From the human T2T-CHM13v2.0 reference genome, Homo sapiens, in the NCBI RefSeq assembly GCF_009914755.1, contig NC_060934.1: a DNA stretch of 64,000 bases; one strand, given 5' to 3'. The translations under genes were made by a program, and so were the position numbers. Shown here one piece after another: positions 35,953-51,576 of the stretch; positions within the stretch are counted from its first letter, which is position 1; every line of letters begins with the position of its first letter. A model generated the notes under the pieces. It was not told the origin of the DNA. It ran no database searches and saw only the letters and a program-made list of their open reading frames with translations.

Positions 35953-36188
35953 TTTTTTTGTTTGTTTGTTTGTTTTGAGATGGAGTCTCGCTCTGTTGCC
36001 CAGGCTGGAGTGCAGTGGTTGGGACTACAGGCAGGTGTTACCTTAATGCCCGGCTAATTTTTGTATTTTTAGTAGAGATGGGGTTTCACCATATTGGCCA
36101 GGCTGGTCTTGAACTCCTGACCTCGTGATCCACCCGCCTTGGCCTGCCAAAGTGCTGGGATTACAGGTGTGAGCTACTGCACCCGGCC
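35953..36188 (-). mobile_element. AluS with an internal deletion of about 70 bp in the right arm
   Basis: gcagtggt is joined directly to tgggactacagg; (TTTG)n tail. Confidence 0.9.
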
Positions 36189-36287
36189 TAGTTTTGCTTT
36201 TAATTATCCTTAAGGTAGGATTTTAAAAGTCTACAGCAACTTTATAGACAAAAGGATTACCTGGCGTTCCTACAAAAAGATCGTGGA

Positions 36288-37222
36288 AAATTCTACTTGT
36301 ATGTTAGGCATTGTAATTCAACTTGAGGCACCAATATATTCATCATAAAGTATCCATTATATTGATGGAAGACACAATATAATCATTATAAAAATTGTAT
36401 CACCTTATTCCCTTTTGTTGTTAATAAATACCTCTCCATAAGCAACACTAACTAAAGATTGTATGTAGCGGTACTAATATTATTTTGGAAGCAAGGAACA
36501 GATGTTGAATAAAAATAACATCAAGCCTTCATTAGTAAGAAAATTTAATGCTATTACTTTTATTATTTTGATCTTCAACATAGTAGTTTTGTTATTCTAG
36601 TATTCAATATAGCAGATGAAATGTGGGATTTATCATCTTTGAATGAATAACAACTGTATGAAGCCTGAACTATGAAAATAAAGTAAGGGTGTTCTTCTAA
36701 TTTACTTTTGATTTTATTTTCTTCCGCCTTATTTCCTAAGTGGATTCCTGTTTCACTTTTGTTTGGGTGACTGGTTTTCATGAAATCTTATTAGATTTAA
36801 TGAAGAAACTGCAACAGTTCCTGAGATTATAATGTTGAAATATCTGGCTGAATCAGTGTGCACTCTGTTGGATGTCTACAAAGTAGAAAAACTACTGTGA
36901 GAGTAAACTAACTGATCAAAGAATAGAAACAACAGCCACCTCTTTTCATAAGACATTTACTCTTTCTTCTTGGCTATTTCTATTTACATCAAACTCTAGT
37001 TGTATGTTAGGCATGGAAATTCAACTTGAGGCACCAATATATTCATCTTAAAGTATCCATTATATGGATGGAAGACACAATAGTCATGTGTTCTGGTATT
37101 GTTTGGGTGACTGCTTTTCATGAAATCTTATTAGATTTAATGAAGGAACTGCAACAGTTGCTGAGATTAGAATGTTGAAATATCTGGCTCAATCAGTGTT
37201 CACTCTGTTGGATGCCTACAAG
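36288..37222. repeat. Local duplication of unique sequence (A1-X-B1-Y-A2-B2)
   Basis: 36288-36379 matches 36991-37082 and 36759-36881 matches 37099-37221, each at about 93-94% identity by manual count. Confidence 0.9.
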
Positions 37223-37899
37223 GAGAATAAATATTTATTGAAAAATATAAGCATATGTAATTTATTCAGGAAATTCTCTTTCATATCAGAGGTGTTTGAA
37301 ACCCAGCTCATGTGTTTCAAGAGTTGTAAGAGAAGAAGCAAGTAGATGTAAGTGTAGATTATTCACCAGAGAATAATGCAAACAGTTGAGGTTGGAGCTA
37401 GGTTAGGCTTTGGGCACTCAGTTTGCCTGAACAAATTGTTGGACATCGGGGGTTCTTCAGAAATCAAAAGAGTTCAGATTCAGAAAACTTAATATCTTGA
37501 TATCTGGAAAGAATCTTATAATTAATTCATTTTAGAGAAAAAGGCTAATCAATGCAGGTTTTAGAAATAGAATAGAACTAAGGAAAAGAGTATTTTCCCC
37601 GCTCATAACAAGGTAGAATAAAGTTACCAAGGTTTGTCCATTTTTCCTTAAAAACTCTTCACTTAGCCAACCTTTTTATATCATATCACAGCTCCAGTTC
37701 AGGCCTCCTTTATCTTGCAGAAGATTTAATACAACGATCTCTGAGATAGACTTTTGGTATATCATTCTACAACCAGAACTCAGCTATGTTCATCCTGTCT
37801 CCTCTACAGGATATTAGAGACCTCAAGGAAAGAGACTATACATATATATATTTACTATAATATATTTCTCCTATATCTCCAACAAAGGCAAGTATAGCA

Positions 37900-38115
37900 A
37901 TAGCTAATAATAGTTAATGCATATTAAGTGCTTACTATGTGCCAGGTATTGTTCTAAATGTTTTACATGTATTAGCTCATTTAATCCTCACAACAAGTAC
38001 AATTATAATTCCAATTTTACAGGCAAGACTTATTTAAGGCCATGTGGCTAGTAAATGATGGGGATAGGATGAGGGATTTATAGCCAAGTAATCTAATTCC
38101 AGAGCCTGCATTCCA
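37900..38115 (-). mobile_element. MIR
   Basis: agtgcttactatgtgccagg...ctcatttaatcctcacaac...ccagagcctg. Confidence 0.75.
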
Positions 38116-38348
38116 CTATCCTTCCAGGGGTGGGGATGGGAGCTGCATATTAAATTTCTCAATTTAGCATGGGTGGTTGGGAAGATATTCAGAATTTAAT
38201 ATACTCTAACGATACAATTCTTAACCTGAGCTGTGTTTTGTACATACTACCATCTCTCTGCTTATAATTGGCAACATAATCATTCCTCACACCTGAAGTA
38301 AGGAACAGTTTGTTCCCTCATAAAAACGGACTGACAATTGTTGCTATC

Positions 38349-38798
38349 CGTGGTAAGCGAAAAAAAAAAAAAGTCATTCAAAATATCCATATCAAATCCT
38401 TGGAAACTGTGACTGTTACTTTATTTGGAAAAAATGGGCTTTGCAGATGTAATTAAGCATTTGAAATGAGATCATCCTGGACAATATGAGCAGGCCTTCA
38501 ATCCAATAACAAGTATCCTTATAAAAGACACACAGAGGAAAAGAGATAGAAGAAGAGGAGGCAATGTGACAGGTGGAGATTGGAGTGATGCACCCACAAG
38601 CCAAGGAATGCCTAGAGTCACCAGATGCTGTAAGAGACAAGGAATAGAATTTACTCAAGAGCCTTCTAATGAAGCCTGGACCTGCTGACACCTTGATTTC
38701 AGACCTCTGGCCTCCAGAACTGTGAGAGAGTACATTTCCATTGTTTTATATCACCATGTTTGTGGTAATTTGCTATAGCAACCATAGGAAACCATCCA
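38349..38798 (+). mobile_element. MLT1C-like solo LTR
   Basis: ctttgcagatgtaattaag...cacaagccaaggaatgcc...gacaccttgatttcagac...cctccagaactgtgagag. Confidence 0.85.
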
Positions 38799-39324
38799 TT
38801 TGCTATCTGTGATAGACTAGAAGGTCCTTGTACAGGAACTGTGTTTTATGTATCTTTGTAGCCCTTCCTTTATCAATTTAGTGTAGTGCCTATGATGTGC
38901 AGATAGAATGGCAATGACATTGGAAAATAAAAGTGGAAATGGAAAACAAAAAGGCTGATTTACAACATAAAAACTGTGTGACCTTATGCATTTAACCTGT
39001 TTATTCAATAATCACACACTGTGGATGTACACTGGGGAGGTACTAGGCAATAAGGTGGGCAACCAGGAACCACAAAGACAACAAATATGATCTTGGCCCA
39101 TATGTCATTTCAAGTGACTTATTACATTTTCTTGTAATCAATAACAGTGGGAAAATGGGATTCATTGTAAATTCATAAGAGGAACAGCTGGCCCAGATTT
39201 AACAGTGGTAGAGTCTGGCAAGCAAGTCCACTTAACTTCTCTGGGACTTCATTATAAAACAAATAATAAATAACAGGGGTGATATAAACACTGTCTTCCA
39301 TAGTGTCTTCCATTATATTCTTTC

Positions 39325-39392
39325 ATGAGACTACAATAACTTTTGCCTCTCTGCCTTTCCACAAGAAGAGTCAAAAGTTATTGTATTCTCAT
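39325..39392. other. Inverted repeat / hairpin, 26-bp stem with 2 mismatches and a 16-nt loop
   Basis: atgagactacaataacttttgcctct pairs with agagtcaaaagttattgtattctcat. Confidence 0.85.
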
Positions 39393-40401
39393 TTAAAACA
39401 GGTTTTTTATAATAATAATATATACTTTTTATAAAATGCTTAGAAAGTGCTATGTATCTTATACAGATTATGAATTTAACTCTTACAACCTAAAAATTAT
39501 TTATGTATATAAATTATATACTAATTTTTATGGTGTATATTTAAAATATAGATCTCATATATTTTATATACCCATGATTATATTTCATATATTTACAGTA
39601 TGTATGAAATAATGTATTATTATTTCACCAGTTTTTCAAATGGAGAAAACAAACTCGGAGACAATAAATATAATGCCCAAATCCACATAGCTAGTACAAG
39701 GTAGAGCCAGGATTTGAAACACGCTTAATTCCACAGCCTGAGATTTTAATCACTACTATCAGATTTGTTATGCAAATGTTAAAAACTGAAAATACTGTTA
39801 AAGCCTTCAATAAGTATGTATTAAATAAACATGTACCTTTGAGTGGGCATAGGAGATAAATTTTTTTAAAAGGCTATGGTTTCGAAGGAATCATTTTCTA
39901 TAAGCAGGCCTTTAAAAAAAATCCCTGTTATTTATTATTTGTTTTGTAATGAAGTCATAGAGAAGAGACTTGCTTCACAGACTCTGCTACCATTAACTCT
40001 AGGTTAGCTATTCCTATTATCAATTTAGAATGAATCTTGTTTTCCTTCTGTTATAATATTAATTACAAGTATTAGGTAGTACCAACAAAAATGAAAACAA
40101 CAATAACAACAAAACCCTAGCAATCCAGTACTGTTTTGCCACAGTTGCATTTTAGCCAACTGGTAGCTTATTCTGTGATTTGAAAATAATTACTTACTTC
40201 AGCTTCTATATGGCTAATAGTAACCTGATAATAAATCTAAAAATTTTCTTTACGTAGGTATTCTGAGAAATATACAGTATTAAAGCATGTGACAACTTTA
40301 TTCTTACTAATTACTACATTCTTGCTAACTCCTTCAAAGCATCATAAAAGTCCTGAAAATTGCAATGCATACAAAACTGTGGTTTGCAATAAATCTAATT
40401 A

Positions 40402-41370
40402 CAGTTGATCCTTGTTTTTGATAATTCTGCATTTGCATATTTGTCTACTTGATAAAATTTATTTGTAACCCTAAAGTCAGTATCCTCGACACTTGGTCAT
40501 TTGTGGACATACACAGAAAGGTAAAAAATTGGAGTCGCTGGACATGCATGTTCCCAACTGAGGTCAAACAAGGAGATGCTCTGCCTTCTTGTTTCAGCTC
40601 TTGAACTGCGAACACGTGTTCTTTTCTTGGCCTATTTAGTGCCACCGTTTTTACATTTTTGTGCTTTTTGTTGGTGATTCTGCTGTTTAAAATGGCTTCC
40701 AAGCACAGTGCTTAAGTGTTGCCAAGTGTTTCTAAGTGCAAGAAGGCTGTGATAGGCCTGATGGAGAAAATATGTGTGTTAGGTAAACCTCCTTCAGGCA
40801 CGAGCTAGAGGTAAACCTTCCTTCAGGCACGAGCTAGGGTACTGCTGGCCATGAATTCAATGTTAATGAATGAACAATACAACACATCCAGAAAAAGAAA
40901 GAAGAAATTTGGTAATTGATACCAGAGGCCACACCAGACAGTGCTAAAATAACATCTACAGTGCATAATGAAGCTATGGAAAAGATGAAAAAGTGGCTAA
41001 ATTTGTGGGTTCATGAGATGATGACCTATTTTTTAAAAAATAAGCATAGTGCACAGCATTGTTGTGAGGCTGAAAACCAAAGAAATTTATAGTCACATTA
41101 CTCAAGGTTTGGAAAAAATTACATCCTTTTCAGCTAGTGCTTTATTATAAAGGAATACTGTATTCAGTTAATTATTTGTACAAAAGACATATTAAAGAGG
41201 TGTTTTTAAACAGAAACATTTACTAAACAAGGTTATGTATTGATTGGTTGATTAAAAATGTGACCAGAAACTTAACCGTGTATTTCTCCTAGTAGCAATG
41301 GCTCTGTATTTGCTAATTCAGTGTTTGCTGCAACTTTATAGTACAGAACTACTACAGAACAACAAATAGA
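40402..41370 (+). mobile_element. Tigger-family non-autonomous element (MER82/Tigger6-like)
   Basis: TA followed by cagttgatcct...aaatttatttgtaaccc...gaggtcaaacaagg; transposase-like piece EAMEKMKKWLNLWVHEM; decayed right end. Confidence 0.75.
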
Positions 41371-41963
41371 AAGGAAATAAATCATTTCTTATTGATATGC
41401 TGTTTCAAACATCTTCCCTATTTTCCAAAGGATATTTAAGCAACAAAAGCAGAAGCGTTAGAGAAGGAATTTTCAAGAAGAATGAGGAAAAGCCATATTG
41501 GATTGGCCTCAGAAAGGATAAAAAGGGTTATTCTAAATTCAAAGCCACATTAGGAACTCACAAGCAGCTAGAGTGGATATCCATTTTTGTATGGCTTAGT
41601 TGAAATGAAACTAACACATTCTATGTCAGATGAACGCTGCAGGCCAGTAATTATTATTAAATGTATCTTCATGTTTGTAATTCCCCATAAGGAATCAACC
41701 TAGTGTTCTACAACGCAGGACATATAAAGTCAGAGAGATCTTGGCTAAAACCCGAACTTTGCTACCATCCAACCTAAGTGCCCTTGGACAACTCTTAACA
41801 TTTTTTAGCCTGATCTCTAAAAAGAGGAAATAATATCAATCTCACAATTTTGCTTTAAGAATTAAATAATTATGTTAATCTTTTAGTACATCATAAAGAT
41901 TTAATAATGTTAATAAAGTTTATTATTTTGTTATTACTGTTGTTAAAAATCATGGAATATTGG

Positions 41964-42399
41964 TGTTAAAGGAAAATTTCAGACAAATTAAATTTAACAG
42001 AGTGTAATTGAGCAAGGAAAAAAAATCAATTCATGAATCAGGCAGCCTGAAGAATCACAGCAGATTAAGAGAAACTCCAGGGATGTCTCATGGTCAGAGC
42101 AAATTTATAGACAAAAAAAGGGAAGTGACATACAGAAAACAGAAGTGTAGTACAGGAACATCTGGATTGGTTACAGCTTGGCTTTTGCCTTATTTGAACA
42201 GTTCGAACAGTCAGCAGTGTATGAGTGATTGAAGTCTGGCCGCTGGGATTGACTGATACACAGCTGTTGTTACAGTAGCATACTCCTAAGTTAGGTTTAC
42301 AGTCTTGTCTACCTACTAAGTTAGGTTACGGTTTGTCCACGAAGACTCAAATATGGAAGTATGGACGCTTTCTCAGGCCATATTTAGTTCGATTTAACA
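41964..42399 (-). mobile_element. ERV1 (MER4-group) solo LTR
   Basis: tgttaaa...tttaaca termini with perfect 5-bp TSD attgg (41959-41963, 42400-42404). Confidence 0.85.
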
Positions 42400-42964
42400 A
42401 TTGGCAATTTCATATGATCAAATCTAATATTATTGCATAGCTCAACTTTTAACGTTAAATAAACAGTAAAGACAACATTTATGTGTCGGAGCTATGTATT
42501 TTGGTTGCCAAATCAAAATATTTTTCCTCTATGGCTCAATATTTGCCATGGTTTGGTTACTAGTCAGGAGTATGATAAGATATTATAATAAGAATCTTTC
42601 TAAATTCTCACAATTTTAGTAGCTATCTCTCATGGAATCTCTAGCCAAAGATGGTAATATGTTTATGTTACATGGCAACGTTCCAACATATTAAGTAGAT
42701 GAAATATCAAGAGAAAAATTCGAGCATACCAGCTACCAGAAAACTGAAATAAATCTCATGTAGAATCAACTCTACACTTATATAACCAGGTTTTGAATAA
42801 AATATTACTGGTGAAACAGTCAAATTCTTACCTGCCTGAGCTACTCTGTTTTCTTTTTAAAACAATTTAATTCCTTTATGCTCTCCATCTGCCTTATACC
42901 TATGCATTTCTTAATTACTACCTCCAAAGTTCCTTTCCAATTTTTCCCTGTCTAGGTGTCAGAG

Positions 42965-43170
42965 TCAATGTGATATAAATAGGAAGAGTATGGCTTTGGA
43001 GTTTAACTCTGGCTCTACCAAGTGCACTCACTGTAAGAGCTTGGACAAGTCCCTTAACATCCTCATCTAAAAAGGGAGGCTCATATCCTCATAGGCTTAG
43101 TGTAAGAATCATTGAAATAACATTTATGAAAAGTTGGCATGATATATGTTTACAGACAGGTTCAAGAATG
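42965..43170 (+). mobile_element. MIR
   Basis: gagtatggctttggag...ctggctctacc...ttggacaagtcccttaac. Confidence 0.55.
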
Positions 43171-44795
43171 TTAATTCCTCCTGCTTCTCCTTGTTCTGTC
43201 TCCACTGAAAAATCCAGTCTTTGCATAAAAGGACACTAGACTCCTGAAATTTAATAACTCTATTTCAGAAATTGATATCTCTTCTAGCTTCTTGTCCAAT
43301 TGATCACCTATCTGGTAGCTATTTCTACCTCCTTGTCCTTCTCCCCTTCTAACCCCTCAATATATCTAAAACTGGTTTTCCCTCCTGAATGCCTTATTTC
43401 TACAGCTATTTGTATTTCTCCCTTACTACTCTCTAGAAAAGTCAATCCTACCTTTACACTTATATATTCTTTCCCATTTCCCTAATACCCCAATCCCTAA
43501 TAACTGAGTTCCCTGTAACCCTAATAACTGAGTCTTGGAACAATGCAATACCCTCCTTACTGGCCTCTTTTTCTTAAACTATCCACTTGACTAGTCACTA
43601 ACCCCATGCTAATCTTAAAGCACTGCTTCCAAATTATTACTATGAGAAAATAGTTCTCTATCCTTTTTTTTTTTCAAAAATTAGATTTTGTTTCTCCTCG
43701 TTCAACATACATTTTTAAATAATTTTTTTAGAGAAAAAAGCCTTGACCTCCATCAGAAATTCAGGTAAAGATATAAAAGATCACCTGTCAGAAAAACAAA
43801 AACTCCCACTGATCTGAACAGTGTCATCGAAAGCTCTCTTTCAACTGCTATGGAATTTACCCAAAGAGATGCTCTCTTGTGAGGAATCTGGAGCAGTGAG
43901 AAGAGAAATAAAGGTAAAACTGCCAGGTTCGAAGATATTTAAGTTAATTTCAAAACATACACACACAACACAATAAAACAGATGGAAGATCTAGGGGTAA
44001 CAGAAAGCTTTATAAAGAAAGTTTTATAAACTCAATAGGTTTTCTAACACAAGGTTCTCATCGATTCAAATTCCTATCTCGCTCAGTTTTTAAAGTCACT
44101 GAACATTTGATATCTAAAAGTAAAACAAATAAATTTTTATCTCTTCTTGATATGAAGGAAGAATCAGGAAAAGGGAGCTTTTAAGCAGCTAAAAACAGAT
44201 ATGGCTTTCTAATGGCAAAGTTGCCAGTAAGTAACCAAGTGAAGTCCCAAATAAAGTTAATTTTGACAAAGAACATTCACTATGCATTCTAGATAAGATT
44301 ATAATCCTAATAAGCAATCAACTGAGGATAGGAAACTAGTCACAAGGAAAATAAACTGTGCTTACTGTACTAATCTATTTCATTTTAATCCAAAGTTTAT
44401 CTCATTTAGTTATTTACCTCTAATAAAACAAATATTGTCAAATTCTGATAGTTAATTATTGAGGTGAAAAAGTCAAGTCTCGAGTTTGAACTATGTGGCT
44501 GATCACTTGAATTACTTGTTCTCTAGAAAACATGAAAAACAACTGCCAAGACTAGTTCGGGAGACATTCTATTGGCTGAGCTTAAGGTAGGTCATTCAAA
44601 TTCTTTCAAATTAGTTTCTACTCAACAAATATTGTTCATATAATCAATATTTACTGGCTACTATTAAATGCCAGACAATGTGCTAAACCAGCAGTCCCCA
44701 ACCTGTTTGGCACCAGGGACCAGTTTCATGGAAGACAATTTTTTCCAAGAACTGGAAGGCAGGGGATGGTTGCGGCATCATTCAAGCACATTACA

Positions 44796-44813
44796 TTTAT
44801 TGTGCACTTTATT
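44796..44813 (-). terminator. Two AATAAA polyadenylation hexamers downstream of the transposase stop codon
   Basis: tttatt on the plus strand at 44796-44801 and 44808-44813. Confidence 0.5.
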
Positions 44814-44874
44814 TCTATTATTACTTCATTGTAATATACAATGAAATAATTATACAACTCACCATAATGTAGAA

Positions 44875-45501
44875 TCAGTGGGAGCCCCGAGCTTGTTTTC
44901 CTCTAACTAGATGGTCCCATCTGGGGATGATGGGAGACAGTGAAACCAGAAGTGTGTTGCTTATGTTTAGTGTACTCCGTAATCTCGTTTTGGTTGCTGT
45001 CGCTGCAGAAAACCCTGTTTCACAAAGATACGATGTTGGAAATGGAAGCAGGCTTTTCAGTGATTTTTTGCCAATCTCGGGATATTCCACTTTGACTTTA
45101 ATCCACAACGTATGGAGATTTGAAATTGTCTCAAACTTATTTTTAAGGCCACCATCATTTGCGATCTCAAGCAGTTGATCCTCTTCTAGCACAGACAAAG
45201 TCAATTTACCTGGCTTATTCACAAATGGGTCGTGGGTCCATTCCTTCCCAGGTTGGGGGTCTTTTGTGGCTGGGAAGTAAAGCTCAAACTTCGGCGTGAG
45301 CCAAAGCAGGGCAAGGCATCGCCTCACCCGGGAAGTGCAAGGGGTCAGGGAATTCCCTTTCCTAGCCAAGGAAAGGGGTGACAGACGGCACCTGGAAAAT
45401 CGGGTCACTCCCACCCTAATACTGTGCTTTTCCAACAGTCTTAGCAAATGGCACACTGGGAGATTATATCCTGCGCCTGGCTCGGAGGGACCTACGCCCA
45501 T
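44875..45501 (-). CDS. Putative chimeric ORF: L1 ORF0-derived N-terminus (about 69 aa) fused to hAT transposase C-terminal dimerisation region (about 139 aa)
   Basis: 208-aa ORF starting at ATG. GVGPSEPG...IRVGVTRFSRC matches ORF0; LLPFPTSYLCETGFS...KTRLRSTL...GSH* matches the hATC C-terminus. Expression is unproven. Confidence 0.45.
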   Translation of the reverse strand: MGVGPSEPGAGYNLPVCHLLRLLEKHSIRVGVTRFSRCRLSPLSLARKGNSLTPCTSRVRRCLALLWLTPKFELYFPATKDPQPGKEWTHDPFVNKPGKLTLSVLEEDQLLEIANDGGLKNKFETISNLHTLWIKVKVEYPEIGKKSLKSLLPFPTSYLCETGFSAATATKTRLRSTLNISNTLLVSLSPIIPRWDHLVRGKQARGSH

Positions 45502-45539
45502 GGAGCCTCATTCATTGCTAGCACAGCAGTCTGAGATCG

Positions 45540-45760
45540 AACTGCAAGGCAGCAGCCAGGCTCGGGGAGGGGCGACCCTCATTGCCCAGGCTTGAGTAGG
45601 TAAACAAAGCAGCCAGGAAGCTGGAACTGGGTGGAGCCCACGGCAGCTCAAGGAGGCCTGCCTGCCTCTGTAGACTCCACCTCTGGGGGCAGAGCATAGC
45701 AAAACAAAAGGCAGCAAAAACATCTGCAGACTTAAATGTCCTTATCTGACAGCTTTGAAG
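45540..45760 (-). promoter_or_regulatory. L1 antisense promoter (ASP) region
   Basis: Position within the L1 5' UTR just upstream of the ORF0 ATG (45582). Assigned by homology; activity not shown. Confidence 0.5.
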
Positions 45761-46157
45761 AGAGTAGTGGTTCTCTCAGCACGCAGCTTGAGATCTGAGA
45801 ACGGGCAGACTGCCTCCTCAAGCAGGTCCCTGACCCCCAAGTAGCCTAAATTGGAGGCACCCCCCAGTAGGGGCAGACTGACACCTCACACGGCCAGGTA
45901 CTCCTCTGAGACAAAACTTCCAGAGGAACGATCAGGCAGCAACATTTGCTGTTTGCCAATATCCGCTGTTCTGCAGCCTCTGCTGCTGATACCCAGGCAA
46001 ACAGGATCTGGAGTGGACCTCCAGCAAACTCCAACAGAACTGCAGCTGAGGGTCCTGACTCTTAGAAGGAAAACTAACAAACAGAAAGGACATCCACACC
46101 AAAACCCCATCTGTACGTCACCATCATCAAAGACTAAAGGTAGATAAAACCACAAAG

Positions 46158-47173
46158 ATGGGGAAAAAACAGAGCAGAAAAACTGAAAATTCTAAAAATC
46201 AGAGTGCCTCTCCTCCTACAAAGGAACGCAGGTCCTCACCAGCAATGGAACAAAGCTGGATGGAGAATGACTTTGACGAGTTGAGAGAAGAAGGCTTCAG
46301 ACGATCAAACTACTCTGAGCTAAAGGAGGAAGTTCGAACCCATGGCAAAGAAGTTAGAACCTTGAAAAAAGATTAGAGGAATGGCTAACTAGAATAATCA
46401 ATGCAGAGAAGTCCTTAAAGGACCTGATGGAGCTGAAAACCACGGCACGAGAACTACGTGACGAATGCACAAGCGTCAGTAGCCAATTCGATCAACTGGA
46501 AGAAAGGGTATCAGTGATGGAAGATCAAATGAATGAAATGAAGCGAGAAGGGAAGTTTAGAGAAAAAAGAATAAAAAGATACAGACAAAGCCTCCAAGAA
46601 ATATGAGACTATGTGAAAAGACCAAATCTACATATGATTGGTGTACCTGAAAGTGACAGGGAGAATGGAACCAAGTTGGAAAACACTCTGCAGGATATTA
46701 TCCAGGAGAATTTCCCCAATCTAGCAAGGCACGCCAACATTCAGACTCAGGAAATACAGAGAACGCCACAAAGATACTCCTCGAGAAGAGCAACTCCAAG
46801 ACACATCATTGTCAGATTCACCAAAGTTGAAATGAAGGAAAAAATGTTAAGGGCAGCCAGAGAGAAAGGTCAGGTTACCCACAAAGGGAAGTCCATCAGA
46901 CTAACAGCTGATCTCTTGGCAGAAACTCTACAAGCCAGAAGAGAGTGGGGGCCAATATTCAACATTCTTAAAGAAAAGAATTTTTAACCAAGAATTTCAT
47001 ATCCAGCCAAACTAAGCTTCATAAGTGAAGGAGAAATAAAATACTTTACAGACAAGCAAATGCTGAGAGATTTTGTCACCACCAGGCCTGCCCTAAAACA
47101 GCTCCTGAAGGAAGCACTAAACATGGAAAGGAACAACCAGTACCAGCCACTGCAAAAACATGCCAAATTGTAA
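46158..47173 (+). pseudogene. L1 ORF1p, disrupted
   Basis: Starts MGKKQSRKTENSK; frameshift near 46370; stops including TAA at 46985. Confidence 0.93.
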
Positions 47174-47236
47174 AGACCATCAAGGCTAGGAAGAAACTGC
47201 ATCAACTAACGAGCAAAATAACCAGCTAACATCATA

Positions 47237-51064
<3,828 letters not shown>

Positions 51065-51280
51065 ACAATGAGAACACATGGACACAGGAAGGGGAACATC
51101 AAACACCGGGGACTGTTGTGGGGTGGGGGGAGGGGGGAGGGATAGCATTAGGAGATATACCTAATGTTAAAGGACGAGTTAATGGGTGCAGCACACCAAC
51201 ATGGCACATGTATACATATGTAACAAACCTGCACGGTGTGCACATGTACCCTAATACTTAAAGTATAATAAAAAAAAAAA

Positions 51281-51576
51281 GAAAAAAACTCAAAAAGGCT
51301 TGTCTTTTAATCCAGGATGCTTGGTCTCCATGTGGCGAAGCAGTTTTGAATATTTCATGGCCTTTTTTGGATAGCTGATTGCCACACAGTATACAAAGCA
51401 GGCTTGGAGAATGTATATCACCTGTTGCAATGAATCATAATTTAAGTAGGACTCTTGGTATTTTCATTTAAATGCAGCTTTCTTTTGTTGGCATTCTTAG
51501 AGTCTTCTGCTGTCTCATCACTGAATTTTTCCTCCTTTTCAAAGAAGCTCCCTAGTGATGTTTGTTTTTTACTCAT
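51281..51576 (-). pseudogene. Charlie3 transposase N-terminus (BED-type zinc-finger region), frameshifted
   Basis: MSKKQTSLGSFFEK from ATG 51576; later pieces ILCGNQ and MKYSKLLRHMETKHPGLKDKP. Confidence 0.75.

Noticed and set aside
38341-38816. ttgctatcYgtgRta repeated at both ends of the MLT1C-like LTR
   Set aside because: Overlaps the LTR start and does not fit a 5-bp TSD; too short to interpret.
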